DNA of 64,000 nucleotides from the human T2T-CHM13v2.0 reference genome, Homo sapiens, in NCBI RefSeq assembly GCF_009914755.1, contig NC_060937.1; one strand, given 5' to 3'. Below, one piece after another: positions 14,073-28,694 of the stretch. Numbering within the stretch: the stretch's first letter is position 1; every line of letters begins with the position of its first letter. The notes beneath the pieces are model-generated. The model had not been told where the DNA came from, did not search any database, and saw only the letters and a program-made list of their open reading frames with translations. The position numbers and the translations under genes were made by a program.

Positions 14073-16699
14073 ATCATACCTCATTTTTTGAAAGTGTGTA
14101 TTACTAAACATAGCACTAAATTATAAATGCACGGTTTACCAAGCATCTTACTTAATTTGTCCCTTAAACTATCTCTATACCAAGGCTCAAAAGCTACATA
14201 ACTAACACAAAGTCACACAGCTAGTAAATGGCAGAGGTGGCATTCTAACCTGGCTTTCCTACATGCAACTACATATAATAAAGAATAGACACTAATGCAA
14301 AGACCTCATGACTTCCTCTAGTTTCTGTGCAGGCCAATGTTTGGTTTTCTAGCTATAGCTGTTAACCATTTGTGGGTCATGAAATCAATTTAGTGGATTC
14401 AATTACCTTTTTTTTTTTTTTAAGGAATGGAGAGGAGTGAAGAAAATTAGAAAGGAATGGAAATAAAAAGATCAGAATTCATTTTGCTTAGAAATGTTAA
14501 ATACTGGTTTTTAAACTTTTGTTTCAACTGAGAAGCAGAGAGTTTAGGAGTTTATGCATGCCAGGCTACAAAATAAAATATATTTCTTAATGCAGTATCT
14601 AGTCAAAAAGATTTGAAAACCATTGCTGCAGGCCAAACAGTAAAGCAGGCTGCAGTCAGATGAACAAAGAGATGAGGATCATAGAAGTACTATACTGTAG
14701 ACAAATGGTTATGAAGGACAGGAGAGAAAACAGCAAGTCAAAAACAACTCCTATACTCCAAAAACACTCAGTGGACACACTGATGGATAATTTAGCATTG
14801 TCACATCCACATTCAATGTCTTCCAACTTACCTTTTCAAACCTGTCTCCCCTCACTCCCCCCTCCTCCCAACCTTTTTGCCTCTATGAGGAAAACCTTCT
14901 TCAAAACCCAGGTATAAGCAATGGAAGTTATAAGCTAAACATTTATTCACCTTTATTTATTACCCTAGCACCTAAGCTGCACTTTATACAAAGAGAATGC
15001 TCATATTTATAGAACAAACACTGCTTATAGTCTATTAACTCTGCCTAGGGAACCCAACAATATAGCAATCCTTTATTCCTTTAACAAGACAGTGAAATTC
15101 AATTCTGATAGTAACTCAAGAAATAACCTTAAAACATGAAGTACTTTTGCAGACCTTTAACAAAACAACTTAAAGGGATAGGTTTTTAACATTAATGCTT
15201 CCCGTGATGTTTTAATGTTTCTAAAATACTGTTATTCAAATGTATGACTACAGCACATTGCTATTCTTATATGCCTCTCTCAAGTTCTGACCAAAAAAAA
15301 GGCTATTCACATTAAGAATTTCTACGTTGAAAGCATACATGCAATGTGTATGTTGTAAGGGGGCAAACTTCAATCAGAAAACATATTGCCAGTACATATC
15401 AAAGCATCATTGGCAAATGCTGCCCTGAGCTCTAACACACCAGAAATAGTTTAAAGAGCCCTCAAAATATCCAGCTACCCTTTCCCTTCTCACAACTCTG
15501 CATTGATCTATAACATATACCCTGGAAGGCTCAGCTGCAAATGTGTCACACCACTTCTCTGTCTGTACATCAAGAAATATTTTTTAAAGGGGTAAAAACG
15601 GACAGAACTGAATGCAGCAGGTCAACATACTTAAACTTAAGAAACTCACCAAAACTATGAGAAAGGAAGAAACTGTATAATTAGTCCCAATTTAAATAAG
15701 TGAACAATCAAATAATTGATTTGCCAAGGTAACAGAGCTAATAAGAGGTAAAATTCTGTCTTTCACCAAGAATCTTCTGATTCCAAATCCAACAATGCTC
15801 TTTCTACACTGTATCAGTCAACAATGAATAAGAAAGAATTTACTCTTTGGTGTCTCCTGTTGAAGATAGCCATGCTTATTCTCAAATCTCTACAGCAACA
15901 GATACAGATGCCTAAACTAGGCTACCTGCCTGATCCTTCCCTGGACTAAATTCTGGGCCTACCCAAGAGACAAGCTAAAGCACAAGATCAGAAGAGAACA
16001 GTGAGAGTGAGGAGACAGTAGTTCAGTCAGCAAGTCCATGTGAAGAGGGTCAATGAGGAATCCAGGAGAGACAGACGTGTACAATTAAGAAGAAAGCAGG
16101 GGCAAGGCAATCCAGGCAAGCGGTCAGAAAGACTGACAGAAGGTCCTCATTACAGCTCCCTTACCTTGTGCAAAAAAGGCAAGACTCTGTCTCTGGGAAG
16201 CCTGACTAGCGCCAAGCCAGGCTGAGATCCAATACCAGGCAGGTTATCAGAACAGTGACTCTTTCACTTGTTCAACAAAAAAATTTATTAAAATACTCAC
16301 TATGTGCCAGAAAGCATGCTAGGTACTGGAAGTATTCATTACACATCGTCCCTGCCTTCAAAAGGTTTAAACCATTGAGAAAGGCAGATAATAAATGATG
16401 TATTGTTGAAGATATGCACTAGGCATTATGGTAACAACTCAAAAGTTTTTACCTTACCAAGGCCAGTTGCAAGGATAAAGGGAGAGGTGAGGAATGGGGG
16501 AAGGTCAGAGAAAGAACTAAGAAAGTCCTCAATGAGGAACTCAATTATTAATATAAGATAGAGCAACATGGCTTCTGGAATGGCATGCCGAAGCCACCCT
16601 ATGACTCTAGTTTCTAAAACTTAAGGTAAAGATCGTGGGTTGGCAGTGTGCAAGGACTGTCATATAATGAAAATAAGGGCAGTGTTTGAAAGAGAAAAA

Positions 16700-17380
16700 A
16701 ATGCAATGTCCATAAAATATGAATAAACCTCAAAAATGTCATCATACAGAATACTATCCAGCAATAAAAGTGAATGAGGCTGGTGCAGTGGCCCACATCT
16801 ACAATCCCAAAACTTTTGGAGGCCACGGCAGAAGGATCACTTGAGCCCAGGAGTTTAAACCCAGCCTGGGCAACATAGGGAGATCTTGTCTCTCCAAAAA
16901 ATTAAAAACTTCAAAATTAGCTAGGTGAGGTGGTGCATGCCTGTAATCCCCGCTACTCAGGAGGCTGATGTGGGAGGATTGCCTGAGCCCAGGAGGTCAA
17001 GACTGCAGTGAGTCATGATCATGTCACTGCACTTCAGCCTGGACAACAGAGCGAGACCCTGTCTCAAAAAAAAAAAAAAAAAAAAAAAAACAAATGAAGT
17101 ACTGATACATGCAACAATGTGGATGAACCTTGAACACATTATGGTAAGCGAAATAAGTGAATCACGAAAGACCACATACGATATGAGTCAATTTATATGA
17201 AATGTCCAGAACAGGCAAATCTATACAGTCAGAAAGTAGATTGGTGGTTGCCTAGAACTGAGGGAGTTGAGGGAAAACAGAGAGGGATTATTTATGAACA
17301 TGACGTTTCTTTTAAGGTTGACGAAAATGTTCTAAAAATGACTGTAGTAATGGTTGTACAATTCTTCTGAACAGATCAAA
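16700..17380 (+). mobile_element. L1MB/ME 3' fragment hosting an AluJ
   Basis: aatgaagtactgatacatgcaacaatgtggatgaaccttgaa...gaaagtagattggtggttgcctag. Confidence 0.75.
16778..17090 (+). mobile_element. AluJ
   Basis: Dimeric Alu with J-type ttgagcccaggag motifs and A tail. Confidence 0.9.
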
Positions 17381-18586
17381 GCTGTTACAAATATATCATT
17401 GTATATCATAAAACTTCAAACATAAAAATTGCAGATGGTTTATCAGCCTTAAGAAGCCATTTGCAAGCTGGGTTAAGTTAGCACACTAAGTATATGAGAC
17501 TTAAAGCAATGTGGAACAAAATTCAAGCTATAACTGTATCACTTGCCAGCTGGGCACACTTGAGCAAGCTACTTAATCTGTCTGAGCCTCAATATTGTCA
17601 ACTGTAAAATAAAGACATCTACCTTGCAAGGTGAGAAATCTGTATTGTTACCAATTTCTATATGTTAGTATATGAAAATGTCATCCAGAAAATTATATGT
17701 AAATATGCTTTTCTTAGGTACTATTCAAAGGAATAAAACATACCAACATTCTAATACAATTTTTAAGTCATTCATGTCAAGATCTACGTTTCATTCATCT
17801 TTGTATTCTGCCTTACCCAGGTGCATAAGACAGTACTTTGGATATTAGAAGTACTATTTTCTAAGTGCTTACTATGGTCTAGGCATTCTCCTTCATGCTT
17901 CATATATGGTGAAGTTTAATGCAAAGCCTGGTCAATGGGGGGCCATGCTTTTTCCTCTATAACACACTTACATATTTTTGGTGTCATTGTTTGTGTTTTG
18001 TTGTTGTTCTTCTTGTTATTCCTTTACTATTAACCACAAGTTACATTTAAAAATATATTTCTCAGAAAAACTTACTTGACTATGCAAGAATCTACAATGG
18101 TGCTATAAAGTGTTACTATGAGAAGCCCTATTATTTTCAACATAAAAAACGTAGTAAGGCATACCCGGTTCTCTCATTTTTAAGCAAAATTTTAAAAATA
18201 TATATGCATAATATTTTAGTCTGACTTACTTTAATTAGCAACTACATATTTCTGAAAAGCTGACATGTCTTTGCTATTTTTACTTCTTTTTTGAAGTGTG
18301 CAACTCATTCCTAAAGAATGAGAGTTGATTTGAATGATTCAAAGTTGACTAACAATTTGTAATTAAACAAATTTTTTTAATTAACATATCCACCATTCAC
18401 TTTACAACTTAAAACCAACAATTTAGTGTATTTTACCAGTTCTGCCTCTTATTTCAGCACTATAAGAATAGTACGTTTCCAATATATGTGACTTTTAGCC
18501 ATTTCAAAGATGTTAGCAGAGCACACCATCAACGTTATATGGTTAGTTACAATTCATAACAAAGGAAAAGTTGAGGATAATCTTAC

Positions 18587-18619
18587 CATATCATCCGTCA
18601 GTGTCCTAATATTTAAATG
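18587..18619 (-). CDS. DIAPH3: DIAPH3 coding exon 2 (33-nt microexon, HLNIRTLTDDM)
   Basis: Minus strand reads tttttttaatttgcag|CATTTAAATATTAGGACACTGACGGATGATATG|gtaaga, with a canonical acceptor and donor, and continues the known protein (...KRPKF HLNIRTLTDDM...). Confidence 0.95.
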
Positions 18620-21600
18620 CTGCAAATTAAAAAAAAGCAATCATATTAGTAATTTATAACAGCTTCTTTATTTTAGTTAATAGGGTACATTCAAAATTCT
18701 ACAATCCTAACTTGAATATAATTAAATTTCTGACAGTCCAATAAAAACACATTATATATAATCGTTTTAATCTCTTTCTCAAAAAGATGGACAAAAGTTA
18801 CCCTGCGTGTGATAGTTCCAAACACTTACTAAAATTTTTTTACTTTGTAAAACTCACAAACTAAAAAATTAACTATGGTACAATAAATATATTATCCCAA
18901 TTAACAGTATTAATTACCATTAAGTATATTAACTTAGAACACAATGTATCTGTCTGAGAATGAGGGCACATAGAAAAAATAAAATGAAAAAGAACACTGG
19001 ATATAAAAGATTTTAATGTGATGATTTTTCAGAAAATTTTTCATATTATAGAACAGTGAAACTTTAAATTTACCATTAGTATGCAGCATAATAGATAATG
19101 AAGTACTTTGCTGGCTTAATTAACTTAAACAATTCTAGTAACAGAGAAGAATGTACTAAAATGACTATTTGCATCTTTAACATCAGTTTGATTTATCATG
19201 AGTGGTGACAGTAGACACTTTTCAATTTCATTGCTAGCTTCAAGGACCCTTTTGCTGATTTCCTTGCTAGACAAACATAAGACCATTCTAGAGAGTGAAT
19301 AGTTTCCTGCAAAATACAATTCAAAAGAAAAAAATAATTATTTAGAGAAAAAACACAGAAATCTAAGTTTTATAAGTCCCAGTGTCGGGAAAGATATTGT
19401 ATTCAAGTAACTGGAATCAATTACCAATTCTCCTTTCTCTTATTCACTGGAGCATTCAATTTTTAAAGGGGCAGGGAAAGGGTCAAACACATTTTCTAAA
19501 TAGGAAACAAGGTCTACTCTTTTATAAGGACAGATGTTAATAACCATTATCTAACAGACTAAGTGGTACACAGTTAAATTCAACATTTACTTAATAGAAT
19601 GAAATTTATCATTCATGTTTGTATACTCAAGTACACCTTCATGCTCATGAATCTACCTCAGTGATGATCCAGATTAAAAATCTGTACAATGTAAATCACC
19701 ATCCCAGATTCTCTTCTCCCTTTCTTTCACCAAGATGTTCCTTCTTCTAGTGCAAAGGAAAGAAGGTAACTTGTATCTAAAATGAATTTTGTGTATACCA
19801 AAGAAAATGTAGCCAAATGAAAGACCATTAGCCACACCACTAGGCTCCAGATTAAACTGCCTTGTTGAATTAGAATCACCTACTTTGACTTGGGAATAAG
19901 GAAGTAATAATAGTGGATTAACTAAGGGTTAGTATCTAATACCAGGCTATAGAATTTGCTTTTTTATCAATACTATCTTCAGCCTTTGAAATTAACAAGT
20001 ACGCACGGTGGTCCTTAAAAGTGGTTGGGATCCTGAGCGGGATGTAAAGTATGTAAGGAACTTAGGGCCACAGTGTCACCCCAGAGACCATTACTAAAAT
20101 TAAACCCAAACGTAGAGGGCTCTTGAGTTTGCAGAGAAAGGAGCTGGGGCAATGCCTGTGTGAGGCGCCCTTCCTCTAACAGCCTGTTGTATGTGTGCCT
20201 TCCTGCCAGTAGAGGCTTCCAGCCTATTGCATTTGGTTAACCACATTTCACTCTTGTTATTCCACAATCAGAGGTATCACTCCAATCACATCTCATTTCA
20301 CTCTCAAAAGGGTTCATTTCAAGTTCCTGTGAAAAAGAAAAAAAAAAGTGGCAGGTAATGAACTTCTGGCACAATGGCATGCCAAGTGGCCTAATGCTTA
20401 AAAAGTAAAGCCAAAGAAATAAACTATAAAGCTGAAATCCTATTTAGGATGGTATGCCACAATAAAGAGAAAAACATCTACTTAAACAAATAAAATATTC
20501 CCAAAACCAGCTTGAATTGCCTCAGGAAAATGCCATAAAAGTGATATTTTAAAAAGTAAGAGTAAAAGACAATAAAAATAGATAAATAATTTTAAAATAA
20601 AGACGACTAGGGTCCAGGCAAGATTTATGATCTAAAAACTACATAAAAGATACAGAAAGTAAAAGGAAAATAAAACTAGACAGGAAAATAGGAAATGTAA
20701 GTTACATGATGCAAAATCCAGTTGTAAACATTCAAGAGAAACACTTATATACTGTCAAAGGTCTAAAATTAGACCATCTTTTTAAAATTTCAGTTGGGCT
20801 CACAACGTTCAGGAAAAAGAACAGCCACTCTTATGTAAAAACAAGGCAACCCAGGGATCCATTTTTGGTCATGGTTTTCTTTTTTTTTTTTTTTTAATAT
20901 ATACATTCTGAAACTATCTCATTGAGGGTATAGCTTTTTAAAAGATTTAATTTCCTAAAGGCTTGATCTGTTTTCAAACTATATAGGTATGTACATAAGC
21001 CCAGTTATAACCTATGTTATTATATTTCCCAAAGAACATGTGATGAATCACAACAGAATTAAGATGCAGGTGTATCCTGCATGGAGAAGAAAACTCAAAG
21101 GGATGTAGATGTGGAGAGTATAACAGAGTCTGAGAGAAAAGAAGGTCAAATTCATCATTCCTTCTCTTCCAGAGAACACTTACCTATCAATTCTCACCAT
21201 CAGCAAGAGAAGTCAATAGGGCAGGAAATCACAGCAAATTCAAGAGTCCAGACGGGACTGGAGAAACTCACTAACAGAGTAAGGAGCTGGAAAACTGATC
21301 TGAGAATTGTGTTTCTTTCTACACCAAAACAATAAAGTCAGAATAGGTTTCATTTCAAGATTTAGCTTGCTGAAGAATAGAGATTACATAGTTATGTACA
21401 CACATGCAATCTTAAACCACTAAAGATAGGCTAGCATTAAAAATCTAAATAAATCTAAGCACTAGTAATTTCCCTTAAAAACTGGAATGTCTCATCATAG
21501 TTTACTTTAAACGTGAATTAAAGAAAAAATAAACACTAAATACTTAGTGAAAAAATGTAAACACTATATCAAGTGGCAATCTTTTGTAGGATGTCTGAAT

Positions 21601-22284
21601 GTTAATACTAAATTCAAGTTTATCATTGAAAGTTTACATGATCTCAAGGTCCTGCCTGTTTGGCTTATACACATAAAATAGGGACTATCCATGAAGTAGA
21701 AATTGCCAAGAAGAGGGAGAAAGGAAGAAAATGACTAACTAAATCCTCAGATAATTCTATGGGGTTTTAGCCTTACTTTTGTAAATACAAAACTATAAGG
21801 GTAATATCCTTAATTAAAATTAGAAAAAACTTTGTAACACAAAAATATTGATTTTATGGTGGTACTTGAGGTACTGTTTAAAATGAAGTACCTCTGTTTT
21901 ATAGCCACCAGCAATGCTCTTTACTGTCTTCTAGTTCAGGAAAATAGTTAACTGCAAACATCAATCCAGTTCATGAGTAGCCACCGTGGACATCTACTCC
22001 AAAAAGGAAATAGAAACATAAAACCGACTATTAAATGGAAGCAACTAGGAAACACCTTTAAAAATAATAACCTGATAGCAAATTTTTAGGGTTATATTTA
22101 CCAAAAAAAAAAAAAAAAAAAAGTTAGAAGCATACAGTTTTAGACATTAAAACTTTCATATCTAAATGTGACTTTGTGACCTTTACATATATTACCTACC
22201 TGGCCTATGATTCTAGAGGTGTTATTAATGTTTTATGGCACTGAAATCAAATAAAACTCATGATTTTAAATTATAAACAATTCT

Positions 22285-22617
<333 letters not shown>

Positions 22618-23369
22618 TTATTGGTTAAGGTGTGATATTAAAGAATATGAGGGCTCTTTTCCTAAGCTAAAAACTCATCCTTCTTCCTCTGGTCCTATGT
22701 TTCTCAAATACTAATTCTATTTTCTCCCTAAAAAGTAAGGAGAACCACATACAGATGGGTAACAATGTTTTCTGTTAATGACAGTTCCTAGGATGAATGG
22801 TCAAGAGGGTCACTCTGGAATTGAAAGAGAAAAAAAGCCTTTATAGATTTTTCTTCAAAAGAACATAGGAGTCGGGGGGAAAAAAGTAGAAACACAGAAC
22901 ATCGGTCTCTATATTCCCATTTAAGCAATGCATCAAAACTTTTATTGAAGATAGTACATGCTGTCAAAAAATGGATTTAGAGCTTTCAGAGAACTGTGCT
23001 AAATGCTGTGAATATCAAGAGGCATGTGAAATAGTTTCCCCACTAACTTAGTTTACAAGTAACAAAGACAGATAAATTGTAGTACACAAAGCAATATACA
23101 AACCCAGGAGGTCCACACACAGTGAAAAAGATGCCAAGCTGTAGCCCAAGACTTTTCGCAAATTTTATGTTTTCTTTCATTGGTTAGCATATCTGAACTA
23201 GCAGGCCAATGGAGCAAAGGATCTGTCCATTGATATCATTAGGAACATGACAGCCACCATCAGATTCAAGCCAGTAGGCTTGCATCAATTTATTATTATC
23301 AGAACCAAATATGTGGTAGCATTTTTAAATAATCTTTGGCTGACACAGTTTAATTCCATTAAAATTGAC

Positions 23370-23650
23370 TTTTTTTTTTTTTTTTTTTTAGACACAGTCT
23401 TGCTCGGTCACCCAGGCTGGAGTGCAGCAGTGCACTTGATCTCAGGTTCAAGTGATGCTCCTGCCTCAGCCTCTCGAGTAGCTGGGACCACAGGCGTGCA
23501 CCACCATGCCCGGCTAATTTTTGTATTTTTAGTGGAGACAGGGTTTCGCCATGTTGGCCAGACTAGTCTCGAAATCCTGACCTCAGGTGATCCTCCCACC
23601 TCGGCCTCCCAAAGTGCTGGGATTAAAGGAGTGAGCCACCACGCCTGGCC
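23370..23650 (-). mobile_element. AluS with small internal deletion
   Basis: Antisense Alu with T tail; lacks ~20 nt around gctcactgcaacctcc. Confidence 0.9.
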
Positions 23651-24375
23651 AAAAATTTACGTCATTTAAGTGGGTTATGAGGGATTACCAACATGAGGAA
23701 AACTTGTAAGATTAAAGACTCAGACACAATTTTCATAAGCTAGATCCTCCGGACCAGCTGGTTTTTCCAGGTTTTTGTTTGTTTGGCGTGCACAAGAATC
23801 ACACCAAGACTTTCTCTGAAAAGCTAGATTAGAGGGCCTCAGTCTACCAATATTCTTATTCAGTAAGTCTAAGGTGGGACCTGGGAACCCACATGTTTAA
23901 GAAGTCATGCCTGTAATGATGTGGCAGCATGCCCAGGACCACGTGAGAAACCCTACTCCATACTCCACCACTATCAGCCATTAAACATTCCCTCAGCCTG
24001 CACACATATGAATTTCTCATCATGTAGCTCACTTTAAAAACTGGACATACCTGAAACAAGCCACATGAAGGGTATAGATAAGAAGTACAAGAGTATTTCA
24101 AAGAAGTGAAAACAGAGAGCTGATAAAGTTGGGACAGGCCTTACTGCCATGAAGTGAAAGGTACCAATTAGCACTGTTTTAAGATAATTCAACAATCTCT
24201 GGTATGTATGATGAATTACCAATTGCATCATTTATTTAAATGCTTAGTCTAAGGTACAAATCATTCAGTCTCATAAACATAAACTTAGTACCTAAGTATT
24301 AAAGATTGTTCATTGTATCAGACTATGACATGATACCATTTGCTTGACAAAATGAATAAATCACAGGTTACTAAC

Positions 24376-24472
24376 AGGAAGGAAGGAGAAGGAGAAGGAG
24401 AAGGAGAAGAAGGGGAAGAGGGAAGAGGGAAGAGGGAAGAGGGAAGAGGGAAGAGGGGAGGGGAGGGGAGGA
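24376..24472. repeat. Pure purine tract (GAAGGA)n-(GGGAAGA)n-(GGGGA)n
   Basis: 97 consecutive A/G bases, read directly. Confidence 0.95.
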
Positions 24473-27273
24473 TATCTTAAAGAAAAAAGGAAAGGATTAG
24501 TCTTCTCTTAATCATCTTCTCTTAATCATAATCTATGGCTGATAATAGGTTGAGATGTTGCTCACATTTTTGTTTTGAAGTCCAGATTATTCCTTTCCAA
24601 CAATAATGTATGAATATGTACTTCAATCTGATAACATTTCTAGCCCACACACCTGTGTTTATCTTAACGTCAACACCAATTATAAAGACTATGAAAATTT
24701 AAAGTAATATTCCTACCAGCCATGACTCTCGACACACCTACAGAGTCTATGGATCATCTCCCTGGCAACTACACAACACACATAGATGTGAAAATATTAT
24801 TCTTCAAGGGCTCCAGATTTAACATCTAAGAAAGGTCCAAAAATAATACTGAAGCTTTCATAGCACTGAGGACAAGAGTAGAGCTGGCTCTTTGATACTA
24901 CAAAGAAAAACTTTTAAGTTGACATGTTTTTTCAGTCCAAGGTGGAAAAAAGTGAAAGGGGAGATGTTAGGAACAGGTGAGAATTAGGAAAAGCTCTCCA
25001 GCCTCTTTTAATCTGCTCATTTATTCAAAACTGCAATTCTGCCAACCTCAGAAAGACAAACATACCATGTATTACTCACTATCCAAAGCTTCTCTACTGT
25101 CATGCACTCAAGTATCCAGACCTCCCTGCCCCTCAATTCCTCCATCGTGAAAGGAGAGCCAACGAGAGATCAGCGTTAAGGAGAAGGCATCATTCAAGTG
25201 TCCACAGCAGTGAAAAGATGCATTTCTCTGAGAACACAAGGTTTAAGGAGGCAACATACCTGCTAGGAAAGAACTGCCTCTGTAGAAAAAAACAATTATC
25301 ATATTGTGGCTTGGGACTCTGACCTAGATTGCACCCCACAGAGGCTAACCTAACAAGTCATTTTTCATTCTAACATAACTCCAATATTCTTTTTCCTTGA
25401 ATGAACTCATTCAATGTTGGGGTAAAATAAAAGGAAAAATATAATGGCTAATTTAGTAACACAGCTTTTGTACATATTTTAAGATGCCTCTTCGTCTATT
25501 TCAGTTCTTTTCACCTATACTACCAGATGAAAAACTCTTTTGCAACATGTCCAGGGAAAAGCAAATCGAATCTCTGAACCACTTTACAAGTAGGTTCAGT
25601 TCTAGGTTATGGGAATCCAAGACCTTTTTCATTGTCTGGAGAAGGCTGAAAAGCATTTACAGTATTTGCTATACAGAGAATTAGAGATCCCAGAACTCCC
25701 AGAGTCACCTTGAAGCTTATCGCAACTACTAAATTACTTCTGAGAGTGGCTTAGCATCCTAGACATCTTGTCCACAACACAAATTTAGATTGGATGTTCC
25801 TGAGACTGACAGAGCATCACCCATTCTTTCACATATATTTGAGAAAGATTTTGTTTATATTTCAGCATCACCATAAAGGAAATTTGGTTAAACCATTTTA
25901 GGAAACAATTTGGTAAAACAAATCCCATGTTCACACTTTAACCTAATAATTCTACTTCTAGAATCCATACTTGGGAATTAAGAAATACAATCAAAAGTTT
26001 ATATACAAATATGTATCACTACAGCATTACTTTAAATAGCTAGAACTGTAATCAGCCTGAGATTTCCCCAAACATAGGAAAGATTAAATAAATCACAGTC
26101 CTACCAATATGAACTATAATGACATGGAAAAATGCTTACAATACAATGGTACATGAAAAAAAGTGCATTTAAAATTGCATATGTAACATAATTCCAACTT
26201 CATTAATATACATATATATGGAAAAAATAAAACAGGAATCATAGGTAATTTTACACATCTGGATTATGGGATTTGTGGGTTTTTTTCATATCTTCATGTA
26301 TTTTCCCAGTTGTCTCAATAAGCATATTTACTTTTAATACAGAAAGTATTTTTTAAGTTACTATGGATAATACTTTTCAGATTGAGCAGAAAATACAGAT
26401 TGTTCCTTTTCAAATAAAAATGTATGTATTAGTAAAAGAAAAAATGAAAATCTAAAAAACATCTAATAAATATTATGTGCACAGACTTTTTAATAGGCTA
26501 GTTTTTTAATGCATATTTTCAAGTATGTCAGAATATATTAAGCACATTATTCGTCTGTTTTCTAATTCACATATATAAATTATCCAATCTCAAAAAGCTC
26601 CTTGGTTCTGTGAATTATTGATGTTGTCACCTGCTACAGACTTAATTCCAAGAAAAATATACGAATCACTACATCACAAGCACAAATCCTTTTGACACAA
26701 ATTCAATTTCTGTGGCAACAATAATATATTGACTTTGCTTTATTTTTCTACTTTATGACACTTATTAATGGCAGAGTTAAAAGAAATCTATCATTTTTCT
26801 TTATTGTAAATGTAAATGATATCATGCCATCTTGAGAAAGTTAGGGTAAATACCACTTACTAGATAATTCCTTAATGTAAATAAGGTCATGATGCCAAAA
26901 TATAAGAAATAAAAGATAAAGATTTTAAGCAAGACCTAGTCTCATAATTCTAATTTTTTCTACTACACAATTAGGCCAACATGTGTGAGACACATCATTA
27001 AATATGAAGACCCAGTCTCTCCCCTTACAAGCTTGCAACCAAAAGAACAAGATAAACCAATAACCAAAATGCTTCATAATAAGGTATTCAATGGTGATTG
27101 GAAGAAAAGCGGAGTCTCCACCTGCTAATCATATATGCTTAAATGCATGCTAATTAACAGGCAAGCATTATAGCAATGATCTAAGACTAAAGGCAAATAA
27201 AATTTTAGCCATGATTCAGGTAAAACTTGGAATGTAGAATTTGTTCTTCTAACAGAATGAAAGATTCCTAAAA

Positions 27274-27780
27274 CATTCATTCATGCAACAACTGTTAATT
27301 AAATATTGCTATATTCTTGACAAGGGAGAGATCAATAAATAAAACAAAGATTTTTGCCCTAAAAGAACTTATCTTTATTGGGGAAACAGACAATAAGCAC
27401 AATAAGTAAATTACTTATTTAAGATGTTAGAAGGTGATGAATGCTCTGATAAAAATAAAAAGTAGCATAAGCCAAGAGGGTTTGCAGGTTGCAATTTTAA
27501 ACATGGGGAATTGAGGTAGGCATAGGCCTCATTGACAAAGTGGTGTTTGAGCAGAGTTGCCAGTGGGCTAAGGTGTCATCTATATGGATGGGCAGGGGAG
27601 TGTTTGCAATAGAAAAAACAGCCATAACAAGGCTGTCAGGAGGAGTATGCCTGATGTTCAAGAAACAAGGGAGCTTGTTGGCTCCAACAGGACAAAATGA
27701 AGTCAGTGAGAGGGAAGGAGGAGGCAGATCAGTCCCAGACCATTTCAAAGACGTGGGCTTTTACTTTTCTAACTGAATAG
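27274..27780 (-). mobile_element. L2a 3' end
   Basis: attcattcatgcaacaa...ggggaaacagacaataagc...tttgagcagag pattern. Confidence 0.7.
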
Positions 27781-28377
27781 TCACAAATATTTTGTAAGTA
27801 TACAAATATAAATAACCAACTTACACAGTAAATAATAATCAGATCAGCATATTCAGCATATTATACAAATTACTGAAGGTAGGGAGGAAGGTCTGTACTC
27901 AAATAATCATTATTTACTTGAGGGCCCTTTAAGTGGCTTAGTTATGCTTCCAGGAGTCATTTACCAGAAGGTATTAGAAATACTCTCAAAACACTGTAAA
28001 GCCAATAAAGGCAATTTTTGGAAAAACTCAGTTAATTCTATCAATTATTTTTTTAATATGGAATTAGTCTAGGGGGTAGAGGGACCAGTTTAGCATGTCT
28101 AGAGAAAAAACAGTAAGAAAAACAGTATTTACAACAATTTAAACATAACTCTGAGGACCCCTCGGAAGTTTGAGCGCCAACCCTAAGGAGTCCCCCCAAG
28201 AGGTCTACATGCAGATGGTAATGTGCTCCACACGTGTGCGAGTCCCAGCAACAGGGACCCTTGTAGACAGCCCAGCACCAGCCATGGTTGCCCCTCCTCC
28301 AGCTCCTACCATCAGGGACTCTTTCCCTTCCTGCAGTTAATAATCTCTGATTTACCTCAGCATCTCCAATATGCCCT

Positions 28378-28694
28378 TTTCCTTTCTTTTTTATTTTTTA
28401 TTATTTTTTTTAGAGACAGGGTCTTGCTGTGTCGCCCAAGCTGGAATGCAATGGAGGGATCATAGCTCACTGCAGTCTCGAACTACTGAGCTCAAGCGAT
28501 CAGCTTCCCAAGTAGCTGGGATTACAAGAGCACACCACCATGCCCCACATTTTTTTTTTCTTTTTTTTTTTATAGACGGCGGTCCCACTATGTTGCCCAG
28601 ACTGGTCTTAAACTCCTAGCCTCAAGTGATCCTTCTGCCTCAGCCTTCCAAAATGCTGGGATTACAGTAAGGTGTGAGTCCACCTCATCCGGCC
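28378..28694 (-). mobile_element. AluJ
   Basis: Antisense Alu, tagagacagggtcttgc...tcaagtgatccttctgcctcagcc. Confidence 0.9.

Noticed and set aside
13908-14111. ORF resembling a reverse-transcriptase protein C-terminus
   Set aside because: Tail of L1 ORF2 in a truncated, dead L1PA fragment.
19125-19319. 64-aa ORF as an extra DIAPH3 coding exon
   Set aside because: Not in the phase of exon 1 at the nearby acceptor and absent from the known protein; kept only as a decoy splice-site observation.
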